Shown here piece by piece: positions 35,820 through 47,300 of a stretch of 64,000 nucleotides of DNA. The position numbers and the translations under genes are program-made. The DNA is from Vulcanimicrobiota bacterium (GTDB lineage: Bacteria > Vulcanimicrobiota > Vulcanimicrobiia > Eremiobacterales > Eremiobacteraceae). The notes under the pieces are model-generated. The model was not told the DNA's origin and ran no database searches. It saw only the letters and a program-made list of their open reading frames with translations. Every line of letters begins with the position of its first letter. Position 1 is the stretch's first letter. The DNA is taken from contig CAWETU010000001.1 of NCBI GenBank assembly GCA_963812135.1, positions 1,184,001 through 1,248,000 of the forward strand, read 5' to 3'.

Positions 35820-38800
35820 ATGAAAGGCTTGCTCAGATACGCCTTCTTGACGATCGCGGTGCTGCTTGCACAGGTAACGTGGACACTGGCAGGCGTCACC
35901 GGATCGTTGAACGGCACAGTTCTGCAGCAGCAAACGCACGCGCCGGTCGCGCAAGCGAAGGTGACGGCGTCCTCTGCTAGCCAGACAACAAGCACAACGA
36001 CCGACAATGGTGGTCACTTCGGTTTCGTCTCCTTGATCCCCGACACGTACACCGTGACGGTGGATAAAGAAAACGTCATCGAGACGTTCGTGCAGCGCGG
36101 CGTGACCGTGCTCGCGGACCAGGTCCAAAACCTCACCATCATCGCACATCCAGCGATCAAGACGCTAGCCACGGTGACGACACGCGGGTCGGCCGATCTC
36201 GTCAAACCCGGCACGACCGCGAACGTGTACTCGGTCAACGCTGCCGCGCAGGCGCGCAGCGCAGTGCTCGGCGGCGGCGGCGGCGCCAACCAAGGCTACT
36301 CCGCCATCGCAGCGCTCCCGGGCGCGTACGTTCCACCAGGCCAATCGGGCTGGTTCCAAGTCGTCAACATCCGCGGCGGCGACTACGACCAGGTCGGCTA
36401 CGAGTTCGACGGCGTACCGGTGAACCGGTCGTTCGACAATTACGCGTCGAGCAATCTGTCCGCCATCGGCCAGCAAGAGCTGCAACTGTACACCGGCGCG
36501 GCGCCTGCCACAGCCGAGGGTCAGGGCTTGGCGGGCTACATCAACCAGGTCATCAAGAGCGGCACGTATCCCGGCTATGGCAACGTCGACCTCGGGATCG
36601 GCGGCCCCAACCTGTACAACAAAGCGAGCATCGAATTCGCCGGCGCGACCCCCAACCGGAACTTCTCCTACTACGTCGGCGTTGGCCTCGCCAACCAAAG
36701 CCCGCGCTTATACGACGAGAACAACGGCGCTAGCCAGAACTCGACCTACGGGCTGGTGTATGACATGGCACCGTCGGCGACCGTCGGCGGGACCTGCGCC
36801 ACCGACGCCATGCCTTCGAACTACGTGAAGTGCTACGCCAACACCGCGAACTCGATTCTCGGCCAGCCTGTCGGGCCGGGCGGCTACTACCTCGGTTCGA
36901 TGAACATCCTCACGCCGAAGAATGTGCAAGACCATGAAAACGTCTTCAACTTCCACTTCGGGATCCCGCACAAGAACGACACCGGCAAAGACGACATCCA
37001 ACTTTTGTACGACACGTTCCAGGTATACACGAATTTCTACAACAACCCCAACGATTGGGGCGGCGGCGCCAGCTTCTTCTCGCACAACCCTGGAACGGTC
37101 GAGGGGCCGGGCCAGCCGTTGTTCTTCTCGGGCGCACAATACATGACACCTGTCGGCACGCTATTCACGTCGGCTGCGCCCGGCGAGGTCAACAACGTCG
37201 TGCCCTACGCCTACCCGAACCAAGGAAACGCGTTCCTGAACAACTCGTTCACCGGCTTGGCCATCCCGGGCAACAGTTACGAAGGGTACAGCAACGGACT
37301 GTCCATCTACAAACTCCAGTATCAGCACAACATCGGGACCTCGTCGTACCTGCGCGTGTACGGATACATCGACTACTCGTGGTGGTTCATCCAGGACCCG
37401 ATGGGGGCCTATAATCTGGACTTCTCCCTCGCCCCCGACTACGAGCTGTCGACGCATACGCGCGGCGCGTCGGTCAACTACGTCAATCAGCTCTCGCCCA
37501 AGAACCTGCTCAACATCGAAGGCACGTATTCGACAGCGAGCACGGTGCGCGACAACAACACGCAGATGTTCGACACGCTGTCCGGCGCGCGCGGCGACGC
37601 GGCACAGCTCGTCAGCGCCGCGAATCCGACGATCGGCATCTGCTACAACGTGGCGAATCCCGGCGTGCCGGCATCGTGCCTCAAGGCGAGCACCGTCGGC
37701 GGAACCGCTCCGGCGGGTTTGCTGGGTGGCAACTACCTCTCGCTTGGCAACCTCACGTGCGGTGGCAACTGTCTCGGATCGATCGGCAATTTCTTCGGTC
37801 CGGGTGTGGGCATACCGGCCCCAAGCGCCACAGCGTGTGGCGGACCCTGTGCGTGGTACGTGTCCGAGAACGGTCCATATGCAACGTTCAACACGGTCAC
37901 GCCGCGCTTCTGGGGTGCTTCAGTACAAGACACCTGGAAGCCGAACGATCGCCTGAACTTCAACATCGGCCTGCGAGATGACATCTACACCTTCGTCTAC
38001 ACGCCGACGGGTACAGGAACGCGTCCGTATTGGTTCAACGCTTGGAACGCGGTGTCGTGCGTCAATCCGCTCTTCAACGGTGGTAATCCGATCGACGAGA
38101 CGGCGCCGGGCGGAGGGCTGGTTCCTCAGCAAGCCGGCACGCCGTGTTCTGCGCTCGGCGCCGGGTTCACGCAGGCGACGCTGACCGATACGACGGCCAA
38201 CGGCGGCCAGATCACCTACAACGAACTCGAGCCGCGGTTCGGCGGAACGTACACGTTCAGCATCAACGACGTGCTGCGCTTCTCGGCGGGTCGCTACTCC
38301 GAGCCAGCCAACGCGGCGTTCCAGCAGTACGACAGCTTGGACCAAGACCTGCCCGAGCATCTGCTCGGTTCGCTGTTCTACAAGTACGGGTTCACGTCGC
38401 CCGACCATATCGTCAGCCCGTCGATTTCGTACAACTACGACCTCTCGTGGGAGCACCAGTTCGCCAACTCGCAGACGTCGTTCGTGCTGACGCCGTTCTT
38501 GCGCAAGACGAACAACCAGGTGCAGCAGATCTACATCAGCCCGCAGACGGCGTTTGTCTCCGGCCTGAACGTCGGCAACGAGACGAACCTCGGGCTCGAG
38601 TTCTTGGCAAACATGGGCAACTTCAACAACAACGGCTTCGCGGGTCAGGTGGCGTACACGTATACGCATAGCTACATTACCTACAACCCGCTGCCGACCG
38701 GACAGTCCGTGTTGGGGCAGGACAACATCGACATCCAGCACTACAACTCGTTCACCTCGGCGTGCGTCGGTGCGGTGGCGTCCTCCAGCCCCACAAGCCT

Positions 38801-39563
38801 GTGCGGCACGGATGGCGGCAACAATGCGATAGCGACCGAAGCGGGCGGCGTCGCGAATCCATACTTCAACGCGCCGGCACAAGGGTTGCTGAGCTCGACC
38901 GCACAGTACGCGCCGTACAGCATCGTTCCCGTCGGCGTGCAGCTGTCGTCGCTCAGCTACGTGGTGCCGCACGTCGCGACGCTTATCGTCCAGTACAAGA
39001 AGGACAAGTGGGCGTTCACTCCGTCCTTCCAGTTCCACGGCGGACAGAAGTACGGCGCGCCCGAGACGACGTATGGCTTCGATCCCAGCACCTGCACGGG
39101 TATCGCGGCCAGCTCGCCGACGGGCGATCCGCGCTATCCGTACGGCGGCAGCGGCTTAGCTGCTGACGCACCGACGTGCACGGGCAGTCTCGTCATGCCC
39201 GATCCGTACACCGGCAAATTCGATCAACCCGGTGCATTCACTGAACCGAACCAGTACAGCTTGCACATGGGCATCTCGTATGCCGCAACGCCTCGGGTCT
39301 CGTACCAGCTCAACCTGGCGAACATCGTCAACTACTGCAGCGGCGGATCTAAGGAGCCCTGGATCTTGAACGACAACCACTGGTGCTTGTATAGCAACAG
39401 TGCCGGGTTCTTCCCGCCGGTGGGCAACTTCTACAATCCTGGGAATACGATCCAACCGCAGTTCAAGTATCCCTACTTCGTCAACGCGACCGGCGACAAC
39501 GGCGCAACCTATGGCGTGGTCGTTCCGTTCAACGCCACCTTCAACGTCCAGATCAAGATGTGA
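35820..39563 (+). CDS. TonB-dependent receptor with N-terminal carboxypeptidase-regulatory-like domain
   Basis: TGSLNGTV...TTTDNGGHFGFVSLIPDTYTV; plug IRGG..GYEFDGVPVN; QDTWK.NDRLNFNIGLR; EPRFG. Confidence 0.88.
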   Translation: MKGLLRYAFLTIAVLLAQVTWTLAGVTGSLNGTVLQQQTHAPVAQAKVTASSASQTTSTTTDNGGHFGFVSLIPDTYTVTVDKENVIETFVQRGVTVLADQVQNLTIIAHPAIKTLATVTTRGSADLVKPGTTANVYSVNAAAQARSAVLGGGGGANQGYSAIAALPGAYVPPGQSGWFQVVNIRGGDYDQVGYEFDGVPVNRSFDNYASSNLSAIGQQELQLYTGAAPATAEGQGLAGYINQVIKSGTYPGYGNVDLGIGGPNLYNKASIEFAGATPNRNFSYYVGVGLANQSPRLYDENNGASQNSTYGLVYDMAPSATVGGTCATDAMPSNYVKCYANTANSILGQPVGPGGYYLGSMNILTPKNVQDHENVFNFHFGIPHKNDTGKDDIQLLYDTFQVYTNFYNNPNDWGGGASFFSHNPGTVEGPGQPLFFSGAQYMTPVGTLFTSAAPGEVNNVVPYAYPNQGNAFLNNSFTGLAIPGNSYEGYSNGLSIYKLQYQHNIGTSSYLRVYGYIDYSWWFIQDPMGAYNLDFSLAPDYELSTHTRGASVNYVNQLSPKNLLNIEGTYSTASTVRDNNTQMFDTLSGARGDAAQLVSAANPTIGICYNVANPGVPASCLKASTVGGTAPAGLLGGNYLSLGNLTCGGNCLGSIGNFFGPGVGIPAPSATACGGPCAWYVSENGPYATFNTVTPRFWGASVQDTWKPNDRLNFNIGLRDDIYTFVYTPTGTGTRPYWFNAWNAVSCVNPLFNGGNPIDETAPGGGLVPQQAGTPCSALGAGFTQATLTDTTANGGQITYNELEPRFGGTYTFSINDVLRFSAGRYSEPANAAFQQYDSLDQDLPEHLLGSLFYKYGFTSPDHIVSPSISYNYDLSWEHQFANSQTSFVLTPFLRKTNNQVQQIYISPQTAFVSGLNVGNETNLGLEFLANMGNFNNNGFAGQVAYTYTHSYITYNPLPTGQSVLGQDNIDIQHYNSFTSACVGAVASSSPTSLCGTDGGNNAIATEAGGVANPYFNAPAQGLLSSTAQYAPYSIVPVGVQLSSLSYVVPHVATLIVQYKKDKWAFTPSFQFHGGQKYGAPETTYGFDPSTCTGIAASSPTGDPRYPYGGSGLAADAPTCTGSLVMPDPYTGKFDQPGAFTEPNQYSLHMGISYAATPRVSYQLNLANIVNYCSGGSKEPWILNDNHWCLYSNSAGFFPPVGNFYNPGNTIQPQFKYPYFVNATGDNGATYGVVVPFNATFNVQIKM

Positions 39564-39587
39564 CGCGTCGCTGATCTGAACGTCCAC

Positions 39588-39622
39588 GAGGCCGGCGGCT
39601 CAGATGCCGCCGGCCTCTTTTT
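39588..39622 (+). terminator. Rho-independent terminator
   Basis: GAGGCCGGCGGC-TCAGAT-GCCGCCGGCCTC-TTTTT. Confidence 0.85.
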
Positions 39623-40977
39623 CATGAATGCACGACGGTCAGCGTGGCGGCGCCGAGCTCGGTACGGCACTCGGTCGACTCCGCGACAAGATTCTCGTTG
39701 CTGCCGCGCAACACGAACCCGTAATTGGGCATGCCGCCGGCCACCCAGGCTCGGACGATGCTGGTGACGTCCAGGCCTCCTGCCAGCGACCCGCCCGGCG
39801 CGAGGAAATTGCCGCCGATGTACGTGTTTGGGACTTGCGTCCAATCGGTGTCTGCCGCTGCGAGCGCGGAGAAGCAGTTGAGGCTGCCACCGATCGGTAT
39901 CACCGTGAGCGTCGCGCTCGCGATGTAGTGACCTTGGATGGAGTTCAAACCGTCGAAACGATAGTAGGCGCGGACATTGTCGGCGTACCACCAGATCGGA
40001 ATGATGTTCGGTGCGATGATCGACGACTGGTCGTGGTGCCATCCGACGCACATCGCAGTGTTGCAATCGGCGCGGAATGGCACGCCGCCGTATTGGCTGG
40101 CTTCGCTTCGTATGGTTGAGGCGGTCGGCTGGTACGAATCGGTGACGTTGCCGACGGTGCCGTTGCCCAGACACACCACATTGCTTCGGCCCGATTCCCG
40201 CTTGTCGCTCATCACCGCAGTGACGGCATAGCACTGATTCGCGAACCCGCCTGGCGGCGGGCTCACGGAGCCTGCGGTAGGAAGATTACCGCCGTTGTCG
40301 GGATTGACGTTATCAACAACGACGTGCTTGCCGTTGTCGACCTCATAGACGTTGAAAGCTTTGATGTTCTGCGACGTCGATGCGGGGTTGCAGCCGGCGG
40401 GCTGCCAGCACCAAACCAACACCAGATATCCGTTCGACATCGCGATCGGGCAGCCAAAACCGAAGCCGTGCGCGCCGCACTCTTGTTCGTTGGTGGTCTG
40501 CTTCACGTTCGTCGGCGCGTTCGGCGGTGCGAGTTGGTAGACCAGGGGATTGTTGAACTTGAAGCCGGGTGACGGCGACGGCGTCGGCGGCGCAACGCAG
40601 GTGACCGAAAAGTTCAGCTTGGTCGAATATTGGTCGGGCTGAAAGGTGCTGATCTTTTGCACGATGAGCTGGTCCTGGGAGCTGCTGCTCGACGACGTGA
40701 ACGTCATGCTGTCGCTAATCGTGGGGATCGAGCCGCTCCCCGCGCCGGTCGAAAAGAGATTCGGCTGCTGCACGCCGTTGGGGAAGTGGATGAAGCCATA
40801 CGTGTAGCTGGTGTTGACTGAAGCGGTGATCGACCCGGTGAACGTGATGGTCACCGGGCACGGACCCACGTAGCTCGTGTTCTTCGTCGTGATGGTCACC
40901 ATCGTGACGTTTGCGAACGCCGGGCCCGCGACGATCAATGCAACAATGGAAGCACAGATGCTGACGAGAAACCGCAT
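39622..40977 (-). CDS. Secreted three-module Cys-rich protein (divergent paralog; DNRLRE-like C-terminus)
   Basis: GPCPVTITFTGSI; LVLVW..YEVD..CYAVTA..RES; LDVTSIVRAWV..NYGFVLRGSNE. Confidence 0.75.
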   Translation of the reverse strand: MRFLVSICASIVALIVAGPAFANVTMVTITTKNTSYVGPCPVTITFTGSITASVNTSYTYGFIHFPNGVQQPNLFSTGAGSGSIPTISDSMTFTSSSSSSQDQLIVQKISTFQPDQYSTKLNFSVTCVAPPTPSPSPGFKFNNPLVYQLAPPNAPTNVKQTTNEQECGAHGFGFGCPIAMSNGYLVLVWCWQPAGCNPASTSQNIKAFNVYEVDNGKHVVVDNVNPDNGGNLPTAGSVSPPPGGFANQCYAVTAVMSDKRESGRSNVVCLGNGTVGNVTDSYQPTASTIRSEASQYGGVPFRADCNTAMCVGWHHDQSSIIAPNIIPIWWYADNVRAYYRFDGLNSIQGHYIASATLTVIPIGGSLNCFSALAAADTDWTQVPNTYIGGNFLAPGGSLAGGLDVTSIVRAWVAGGMPNYGFVLRGSNENLVAESTECRTELGAATLTVVHS

Positions 40978-41174
40978 GGCGACGATCCTCCTGCTTAGTT
41001 GTCAAGGGAACGCACCGTCGGACGATTTTGTTCCTCTTGGTCCCCAAACAAAACGCCTCCTATTGAGATCGAGACGAAGGTTTCCGCAACGCGGTAATGC
41101 ACAAGCGTAACAGAATCGGCTGAAATGGAGTTATAGGGTTTGATACATCCATTTGCTATACGGGGGCATTTGAC

Positions 41175-42575
41175 ATGAAGAGATGGATATTTGCGGGCTT
41201 TGCGTTTTGTTTGCTGATCGCGCAGCCACGACTTGCCAATGCGGCGGTGAGCGCATCGCTGTCGATCGTCGGGCCGAGCACGTACAACGGCTGCCCGGCC
41301 ACCGTCAAGTTCACCGGTACCATCAACGGCGCCGCCGGTACCAAACTCACGTATAGCTTCAACCGCTTCATCAACGGCACGCAACAAGTCGTCGCCGGCG
41401 CGACCATGACGCTGCCGGCTACTGGCTCGATCAGCGTCAATGACTCCATCACACTATCATCATCGGCGACCGGCAACACGTTCGACCAGCTATGGGTGCA
41501 CGGCATCTCCAGCGGTCAACCCGACGTGTACTCTAATGAAGCGCATTTCACAGTCAACTGCATCGTCGCAACGCCGACACCAGGTCCGACGCCGCCCCCA
41601 GCGCCCAATTCCTTGAGCAGCACCAACGATCCGCAGGTCTGTACTGCGCACGGTGGTTTTGGCGCCGGCCTCGCCTGTTCAGCCGGATTCCACAATGGCT
41701 GGCTCGCGCTCATCTGGAACGCGCCCAACGCGTGCGGGAATTGCATCGATGGCTATAACGTCTACCGCGTCGACGGCGGACAGCACACCTTTGTCTACAA
41801 GCAGAACAACGGCAAAGACGTGACCGTCGCGCTGGTGACCACGCCGAGCGACGGTTTCAACGGCAAGTGCTATTCGGTCACGGCGTACACCGGCAATCGG
41901 GAGTCAAATGACACCGGACCGTTCTGCGTGAGCGGCCCGATCGACACACCAGTCGTGCGCAGCTTCAACGTCACGCCGAACGCCTCGCGCTACGTGTATC
42001 ATCACTACACCTACACCGGTTTTGGGCCGGGCTGCGGCCTGAGCACGACGGGCACGAAACCGCCGAACGGACTTCCCGTGGGCTTCCAGCACGACTACGG
42101 AAGCTCGGTCGGCATCACGTGCTACGAAGACACGTTCGTGTATCAGAGCGCGGTGAGCTTCGATCTCGGCAGCGCGGGCATTCTCTTGCGCAACTCGAAG
42201 GCCAGCGTCAAGAACGCCACCATGACGTTCCAACGAGTCGACGGCGACGGCAGCTGCCTCGCCGGTGTGCATCTGCCGACGGGTGACTGGTCCAACGCGC
42301 AAGATCTGATCCCGAACACCGACTTCATCAGCGGTATTCCGTGGAGCAGCAACCCGATCAGCGTCAGCATGCCTGGAGTGAAGATCTCATCGGGTGGGAG
42401 CTATTCCATCGACGTGACCTCGGCGATCAACAACTTCGCGAAGGGGAATTGGGCGGATCACGGATTCTTGCTCATCGGCGGCAATGAAGACACGAGCGGA
42501 TTCCACGACAATAACTCGTGCGAAACAGGGTATGGGAACTTCTCGCTCAACGTGCAGGTGATCATCCAGCCCTGA
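41175..42575 (+). CDS. Secreted three-module Cys-rich protein (paralog family member)
   Basis: Signal peptide; NGCPA..FTGTI; NGKDVTVAL..PSDGFNGKCY; CLAGVHLPTGDWSNAQDLIPN. Confidence 0.8.
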   Translation: MKRWIFAGFAFCLLIAQPRLANAAVSASLSIVGPSTYNGCPATVKFTGTINGAAGTKLTYSFNRFINGTQQVVAGATMTLPATGSISVNDSITLSSSATGNTFDQLWVHGISSGQPDVYSNEAHFTVNCIVATPTPGPTPPPAPNSLSSTNDPQVCTAHGGFGAGLACSAGFHNGWLALIWNAPNACGNCIDGYNVYRVDGGQHTFVYKQNNGKDVTVALVTTPSDGFNGKCYSVTAYTGNRESNDTGPFCVSGPIDTPVVRSFNVTPNASRYVYHHYTYTGFGPGCGLSTTGTKPPNGLPVGFQHDYGSSVGITCYEDTFVYQSAVSFDLGSAGILLRNSKASVKNATMTFQRVDGDGSCLAGVHLPTGDWSNAQDLIPNTDFISGIPWSSNPISVSMPGVKISSGGSYSIDVTSAINNFAKGNWADHGFLLIGGNEDTSGFHDNNSCETGYGNFSLNVQVIIQP

Positions 42576-42617
42576 GCTGGGCTGCTGGGGCGCGATCAAT
42601 ACGGAAAGGCGGCTTTT

Positions 42618-43130
42618 ATGCGATGCTTCGCACTACTGACCGGTTCAGTGTTGGCTCTGGTGCTCGCTTTGCCAGCTTCGGCTCGGGCGGACTATGCTGG
42701 GGAAGCGCAAACTAAAAGACTCTTGCCCCTGCTTGGAACTTGGACGTGCACCAACAACGGTATACTACCGGCTCAACGGAACCCCGAAGTTTGGACGGTC
42801 ACGCAAGAAGGCGGTTGGGTCGTTGCGAGCATCACCGGCGACAACCCAGGCATGAACTACAAGCGATTTGATCTTGTCTTGCAAAAGTACATTCAGGTCG
42901 ACATACGTTTCGACATCGGCCAGGGGGGCTTGGCGTCCACTTCTGAAACGAGCGATATTGATCCGCTCAACGCGACCTGGAGACGGTCAAACCCCTTTAG
43001 CTATCCCAGTAGTTATTATGATCCGTCTCCGGAGAAGGAGACGTTTTCGGGGAACACGCTCACGTTGGTTGGGCAATACACTCATGGAGGAAAAGCCACT
43101 CCGTATAAAACGGTCTGTACCAAGTCATAG
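42618..43130 (+). CDS. Secreted hypothetical protein
   Basis: Signal peptide; LLGTWTC...VCTKS; less GC-biased codons. Confidence 0.65.
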   Translation: MRCFALLTGSVLALVLALPASARADYAGEAQTKRLLPLLGTWTCTNNGILPAQRNPEVWTVTQEGGWVVASITGDNPGMNYKRFDLVLQKYIQVDIRFDIGQGGLASTSETSDIDPLNATWRRSNPFSYPSSYYDPSPEKETFSGNTLTLVGQYTHGGKATPYKTVCTKS

Positions 43131-43133
43131 GCG

Positions 43134-43922
43134 TCAGCGCTCGCGCGCTTGCTGATCGTCGCGCTGGACCGCCCAATGCAGATAATTCGGTACGCCGGTC
43201 GGTCCGCTCGTGAAGCGCACGACGGCGATGCCGACAAATAGAGCGGCGAGCGCTGCCGCAGAGATGCCCAGCGCGCGTCGTGTTCGCGCAGGTCGCAGTT
43301 CGATCGTCCCGGTGATCATCGAGAGCACCGTTGGGATGCCGGCGCGCATGACCTGTACAAGATGGATCGCGATGAAGATCAGAAAGAGCGTGGCGATCGC
43401 GACGTGCGCCGCCAGAACCACGTGCTGGCCGCCCAGGGAACCGATAAGCCACGGGAGCTGGCGTCTGAACCAGAGCGCGAGACCGGTGACTATCATCAGC
43501 GCGCCGAGCGTGAGGACACCGGTGTAGGCGACCTTCTGCGCCGCGTTGTACTCAGCTCGGTGCATCGTCTTCGCGGGATTGCGCAGTTCCGCGATGGTCG
43601 CGCGTATGGCGTCCCCGAGCCAGGTTTTTGCGTTGGGTACAAGGCGTCGCCACGACGCCGTTCGCAGCGCGACGACACCGTACCAGAGCGCATTTGCGAT
43701 CATCACAAGCGCGAACCCCAGATGCCATGCGCGGCCCGCGGTTGCGTCTGCACGCAACTGCAACGCGGAGAAGAGCCAGCCCGGTAGCGCGTGGACGATC
43801 GTCGCGAAGTGGCGGTCGCTCGCGAACATCGCGAAACCGCTCCACAGCAAGACGAATATGGTCAGCGCGTTGATCCAGTGGCCGATCCGCACGTGTAGTG
43901 GGCGCGTTTGCTCATGTGACAT
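43134..43922 (-). CDS. Cytochrome b/b6 domain membrane protein
   Basis: RIGHWINA..LLWSG, WHLGFA, YNAAQKVAY, TGLALW, AHV..F..IHL. Confidence 0.85.
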   Translation of the reverse strand: MSHEQTRPLHVRIGHWINALTIFVLLWSGFAMFASDRHFATIVHALPGWLFSALQLRADATAGRAWHLGFALVMIANALWYGVVALRTASWRRLVPNAKTWLGDAIRATIAELRNPAKTMHRAEYNAAQKVAYTGVLTLGALMIVTGLALWFRRQLPWLIGSLGGQHVVLAAHVAIATLFLIFIAIHLVQVMRAGIPTVLSMITGTIELRPARTRRALGISAAALAALFVGIAVVRFTSGPTGVPNYLHWAVQRDDQQARER

Positions 43923-44045
43923 AGGTTTACAGTAGCCTCGCCGGCTGAGAACGTGCCATGAGTCAGTCAGAATCTCACCTGGCATTCATCCTCGGGAACG
44001 GCTTAGAAGCGCTTGCTTGTACGGGCCCCGTTCTTGGCCCAAGGC

Positions 44046-44080
44046 CGGGGACGCGCTGGCAACGCCAGGTGTGTTAGCGT
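44046..44080 (+). promoter_or_regulatory. SARP-type heptamer repeat promoter (leaderless)
   Basis: CGGGGAC-N4-TGGCAAC-GCCAGGTGTGT-TAGCGT, with ATG 7 nt later; same layout as 47806-47840. Confidence 0.55.
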
Positions 44081-44087
44081 GGCGCTA

Positions 44088-44279
44088 ATGGACAAGCGGC
44101 GGCACCTCGCCTTCGTGGTGAAGCTTTGGCTCGAACCGAGCGACGCAGCGGATGCGCGCTGGCGTGGCGTCGTGCAATCGCTGGACGACCAGCGCCGACG
44201 CTATTTCTCCGACCTCTCGGATGCGGTCGAGTTCTTGCGCGCGGCGATGAAGGTGGAAAGCTCCGCGCCGCCGCCGTAG
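44088..44279 (+). CDS. Small hypothetical protein upstream of the BTAD regulator
   Basis: MDKRRHLAFVVKLWLEP...WRGVVQSL...RRYFSDLSDAVEFL. Confidence 0.65.
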   Translation: MDKRRHLAFVVKLWLEPSDAADARWRGVVQSLDDQRRRYFSDLSDAVEFLRAAMKVESSAPPP

Positions 44280-44324
44280 GCCAGACCGGGCGGGCTTCCG
44301 CGCGCGCCTCCTGAACCTTCCGTC

Positions 44325-47300
44325 ATGCCCGAGACAGTCACGGTTAGACTTCGGCTTCGTCTGCTCGGTCCACCGCAGATCGTCGACGACGCCGATCCGG
44401 GATGGCGGTTTCTCCCCAAACGCAAGAGCCTCGAACTCTTAGCGTATTTGGCGCTGCACGCGGAAAGCCAGCTCGGGCGAGACACGGTCGCATTCGCGCT
44501 TTGGCCGGACGCCAATGAGGAGGACGCCCGCGCCAACCTACGGCGCAACCTGCACGTGTTGGTCCCGTTGCTGCCGGCCGCCGCGACGTGGATCTTGGTG
44601 CAGCCCGAAACCTTGCAGTGGAACGTAGAGGCGCCGGCGTGGTGCGATGTCGCCGCCTTCCGCGCTGCCGTCGAGCAGCGTGATTTCGCCGAGGCGGCGC
44701 GGCTGTATCGCGGGGAACTGCTGGCCGGCTTCTATGACGAGTGGATTCTCGAAGAGCGCGAGCGGCTGGTCCGCGCTCATCACGATGCGTTGACGCAGCT
44801 CGTGCGCGAGCACCGCACGCGGCGCGACTTCGCCGCGGCCGCCGGCTACGCGCAGCAACTGCTCGATAGCGATCCGTGGCGTGAAGACGCAGTGCGCCAC
44901 TTGATCGCGATTCGCTACGAAGCCGGGGATCGGGCCGCGGCCCTCCGATGTTACGACTCGTTCGCCGAACGCCTGCGCGCAGAGATGAACGTCGAACCGA
45001 TGCCGGAGACCCAAGCCCTGCGCGACGCAATCCTACATTCGCGCTCGACCGGCGACGTGCGCGGCGCAGCGGCGACGATCGCATCGGTGGCGCCGAGTCA
45101 AGCCGAGCCGGCGTGGACGCTGCCCTTCGTGGGCCGAGAGCGGGAGCTCGACACGCTGCGCGCGTGGTGGAACCGCGCCGCGACCGGCGCCGGGGCGGCG
45201 GTCTTCGTCGGCGGCGAAGCCGGGATCGGCAAGAGCAGCCTGGTGCGAGCCTTCGCCGCGCAGGTCGGTGACGAGGGCGGGCGCGTGTTGTATGGTGGCA
45301 CGTCGAGCCCCGAGCGCTTTCCCTATCAGGCGGTGCTCGACGCGCTGGCAGGAGCATCATCGTTGATCGCCGCCTCTGGGGTGGAGTCGACCTGGTTGCG
45401 CGAGCTGGGTGAACTGCTGCCAGAGCTCAAGATGCTACGAACGGCAGCCGAGGCGCGCCGCGCGCCGCCGAGCGAGCTTGACCCCGAGCGCAGGAGGATG
45501 CGTCTATTCGAGGCCATGGCTCGGGTGATAGAGACGCTGGCCGAATCGCGCCCATTGGTGCTCGTCGTGGAAGACGTCCACTGGGCCGGCCCCGCGACGC
45601 TCGAGCTCTTGGGTTATCTCGTATCGCGTCTTGCGGAAAGCCATGTTCTGATCGTCGCGACGTATCGCGCTGACGAGCTGACTAGCGGCCACAAGCTTAC
45701 GGACTTACGCCGGGATTTGATCGCCCGCTCGCGCGCCGCAAATGTCCAGCTCGGGGCGCTCTCGCGCGAAGAAGTCCAAGTCGTGGTGCAAAGCGTTTGG
45801 AAGTCGGATAGCGCCGCGCCCTCAGGGGTCCAGTGGCACGAGCGCAGCGCCGGCAATCCGCTGTTCCTGAGCGAGCTGTTACGCGACGCGATCGAGGCCG
45901 GCTCGACCGACGCGCTGCCGGCTCACATCAAAGACGCCATCGCTGCACGCCTCGACCGACTATCGGACACCGCGCGCGCGACGATCAACCTCGCGTCGGT
46001 CGTCGGTGAGGCGGTCGACTTCGAAGTGATCGGCGCAGCATCGGGTTGGGACGAGAACAGGATTGCGGACGCGCTGGCAGAGTTGCTCGAACGCCGTATG
46101 CTGCGGGAGACGTTCGATCGGGCGAGGCTGCGCTACGCCTTCACGCATGACCTCGTGCGCCAATCCGCATACGCATCGATTCAACCCGACCGCCGCCGGA
46201 CGAATCATCGCATGGTGGCGCGGGCGCTGGAACGGACGTTCTCGGGTCGCCTAGATGAGTACGCGTTCGAGATCGCGTCGCACTACGACGCCGGCGCGCA
46301 ACCTACGGCCGCCGTGCCGTGGTACCTGAGAGCATCGCGCGCCGCCTTGGCCAGCTTCGCGAATGCCGAAGCTGCGGAATATGCGTCGCGCGGTTTGGCG
46401 CATGCGGACGAATCGGCGCAAGCGCAGCTGTTCCTGATCCGCGCAACCGCGCGCGGTCGCCTGGGTGAACAAGAACGTGAGATGGCCGATCTGCAGATGC
46501 TGGAGCGGCTGGCGCAGCAGCGGCCGGATCGCGCGCTTGGCCTGGAGGTGCTCGAACGCCTCATCGGCCGCCATCTCGACGCTGGACGTCTTGAAAGCGC
46601 GACCGCCGAACTCGCAAAAATGCGCGCGCTGCTCGCCAAAGATAGCGGACTCGGCACCGCGCTCGCGGACGAGCTCGAGGCCCGCATCGCCTATGAACAG
46701 GGGCGCTACGACGTTGCTGATGCGCTTTTCGAACGGACGTCGCGCGCGTACCGCCTTGCCGCCGATGCGCGCGAGACGCGAGCCGCAGGATACCATGCGG
46801 TTGCGCTGCGTCGGCAGGGCAGGTTCGACGATGCCGCGGCGATTCTGGAGCACGCGGCCGAGTCGCTCGCAACGGTCGACGATCCCGTTCGGCGCATCCA
46901 GCACTTCCAGGCGCGGATCTTGGTGGCGAGCGCCAAGCAAGAACACGCTGCGAGCAAAGCAGATGCCGACGAGATGCTGAGCCTCGCCAAGCAGATCGGC
47001 GATCGGCGCGCCGAAGCCGACGCGCGGCACTACCTGGGGATCGCGTTGGGCAAGCTTGAGCAGTTCGACGCCGCCGAGGAGCACTTCGCGGCGGCCATCG
47101 CGATCAACAAGCTGATCGGCCAACGCGCGGCCAATGCGGCGGTGCTGCGCAACTACGCGGCGATGCAAATGGATCGCTATCGCTACCGCCGCTGTTTGGA
47201 GCTCACGCGCGAAGCGGAGGAGCTTTCCGATCAGACGTTTCACCTCGCCATCTGCGCCTACAATGAGATGGTAGCCCTGCGCCATCTCGACGAATTCGAG

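Noticed and set aside
31586..42575. Diversity-generating retroelement TR/VR pair
   Set aside because: Similarity spans whole paralogous genes with many synonymous changes, not adenine-specific ones, and there is no reverse transcriptase in the window.
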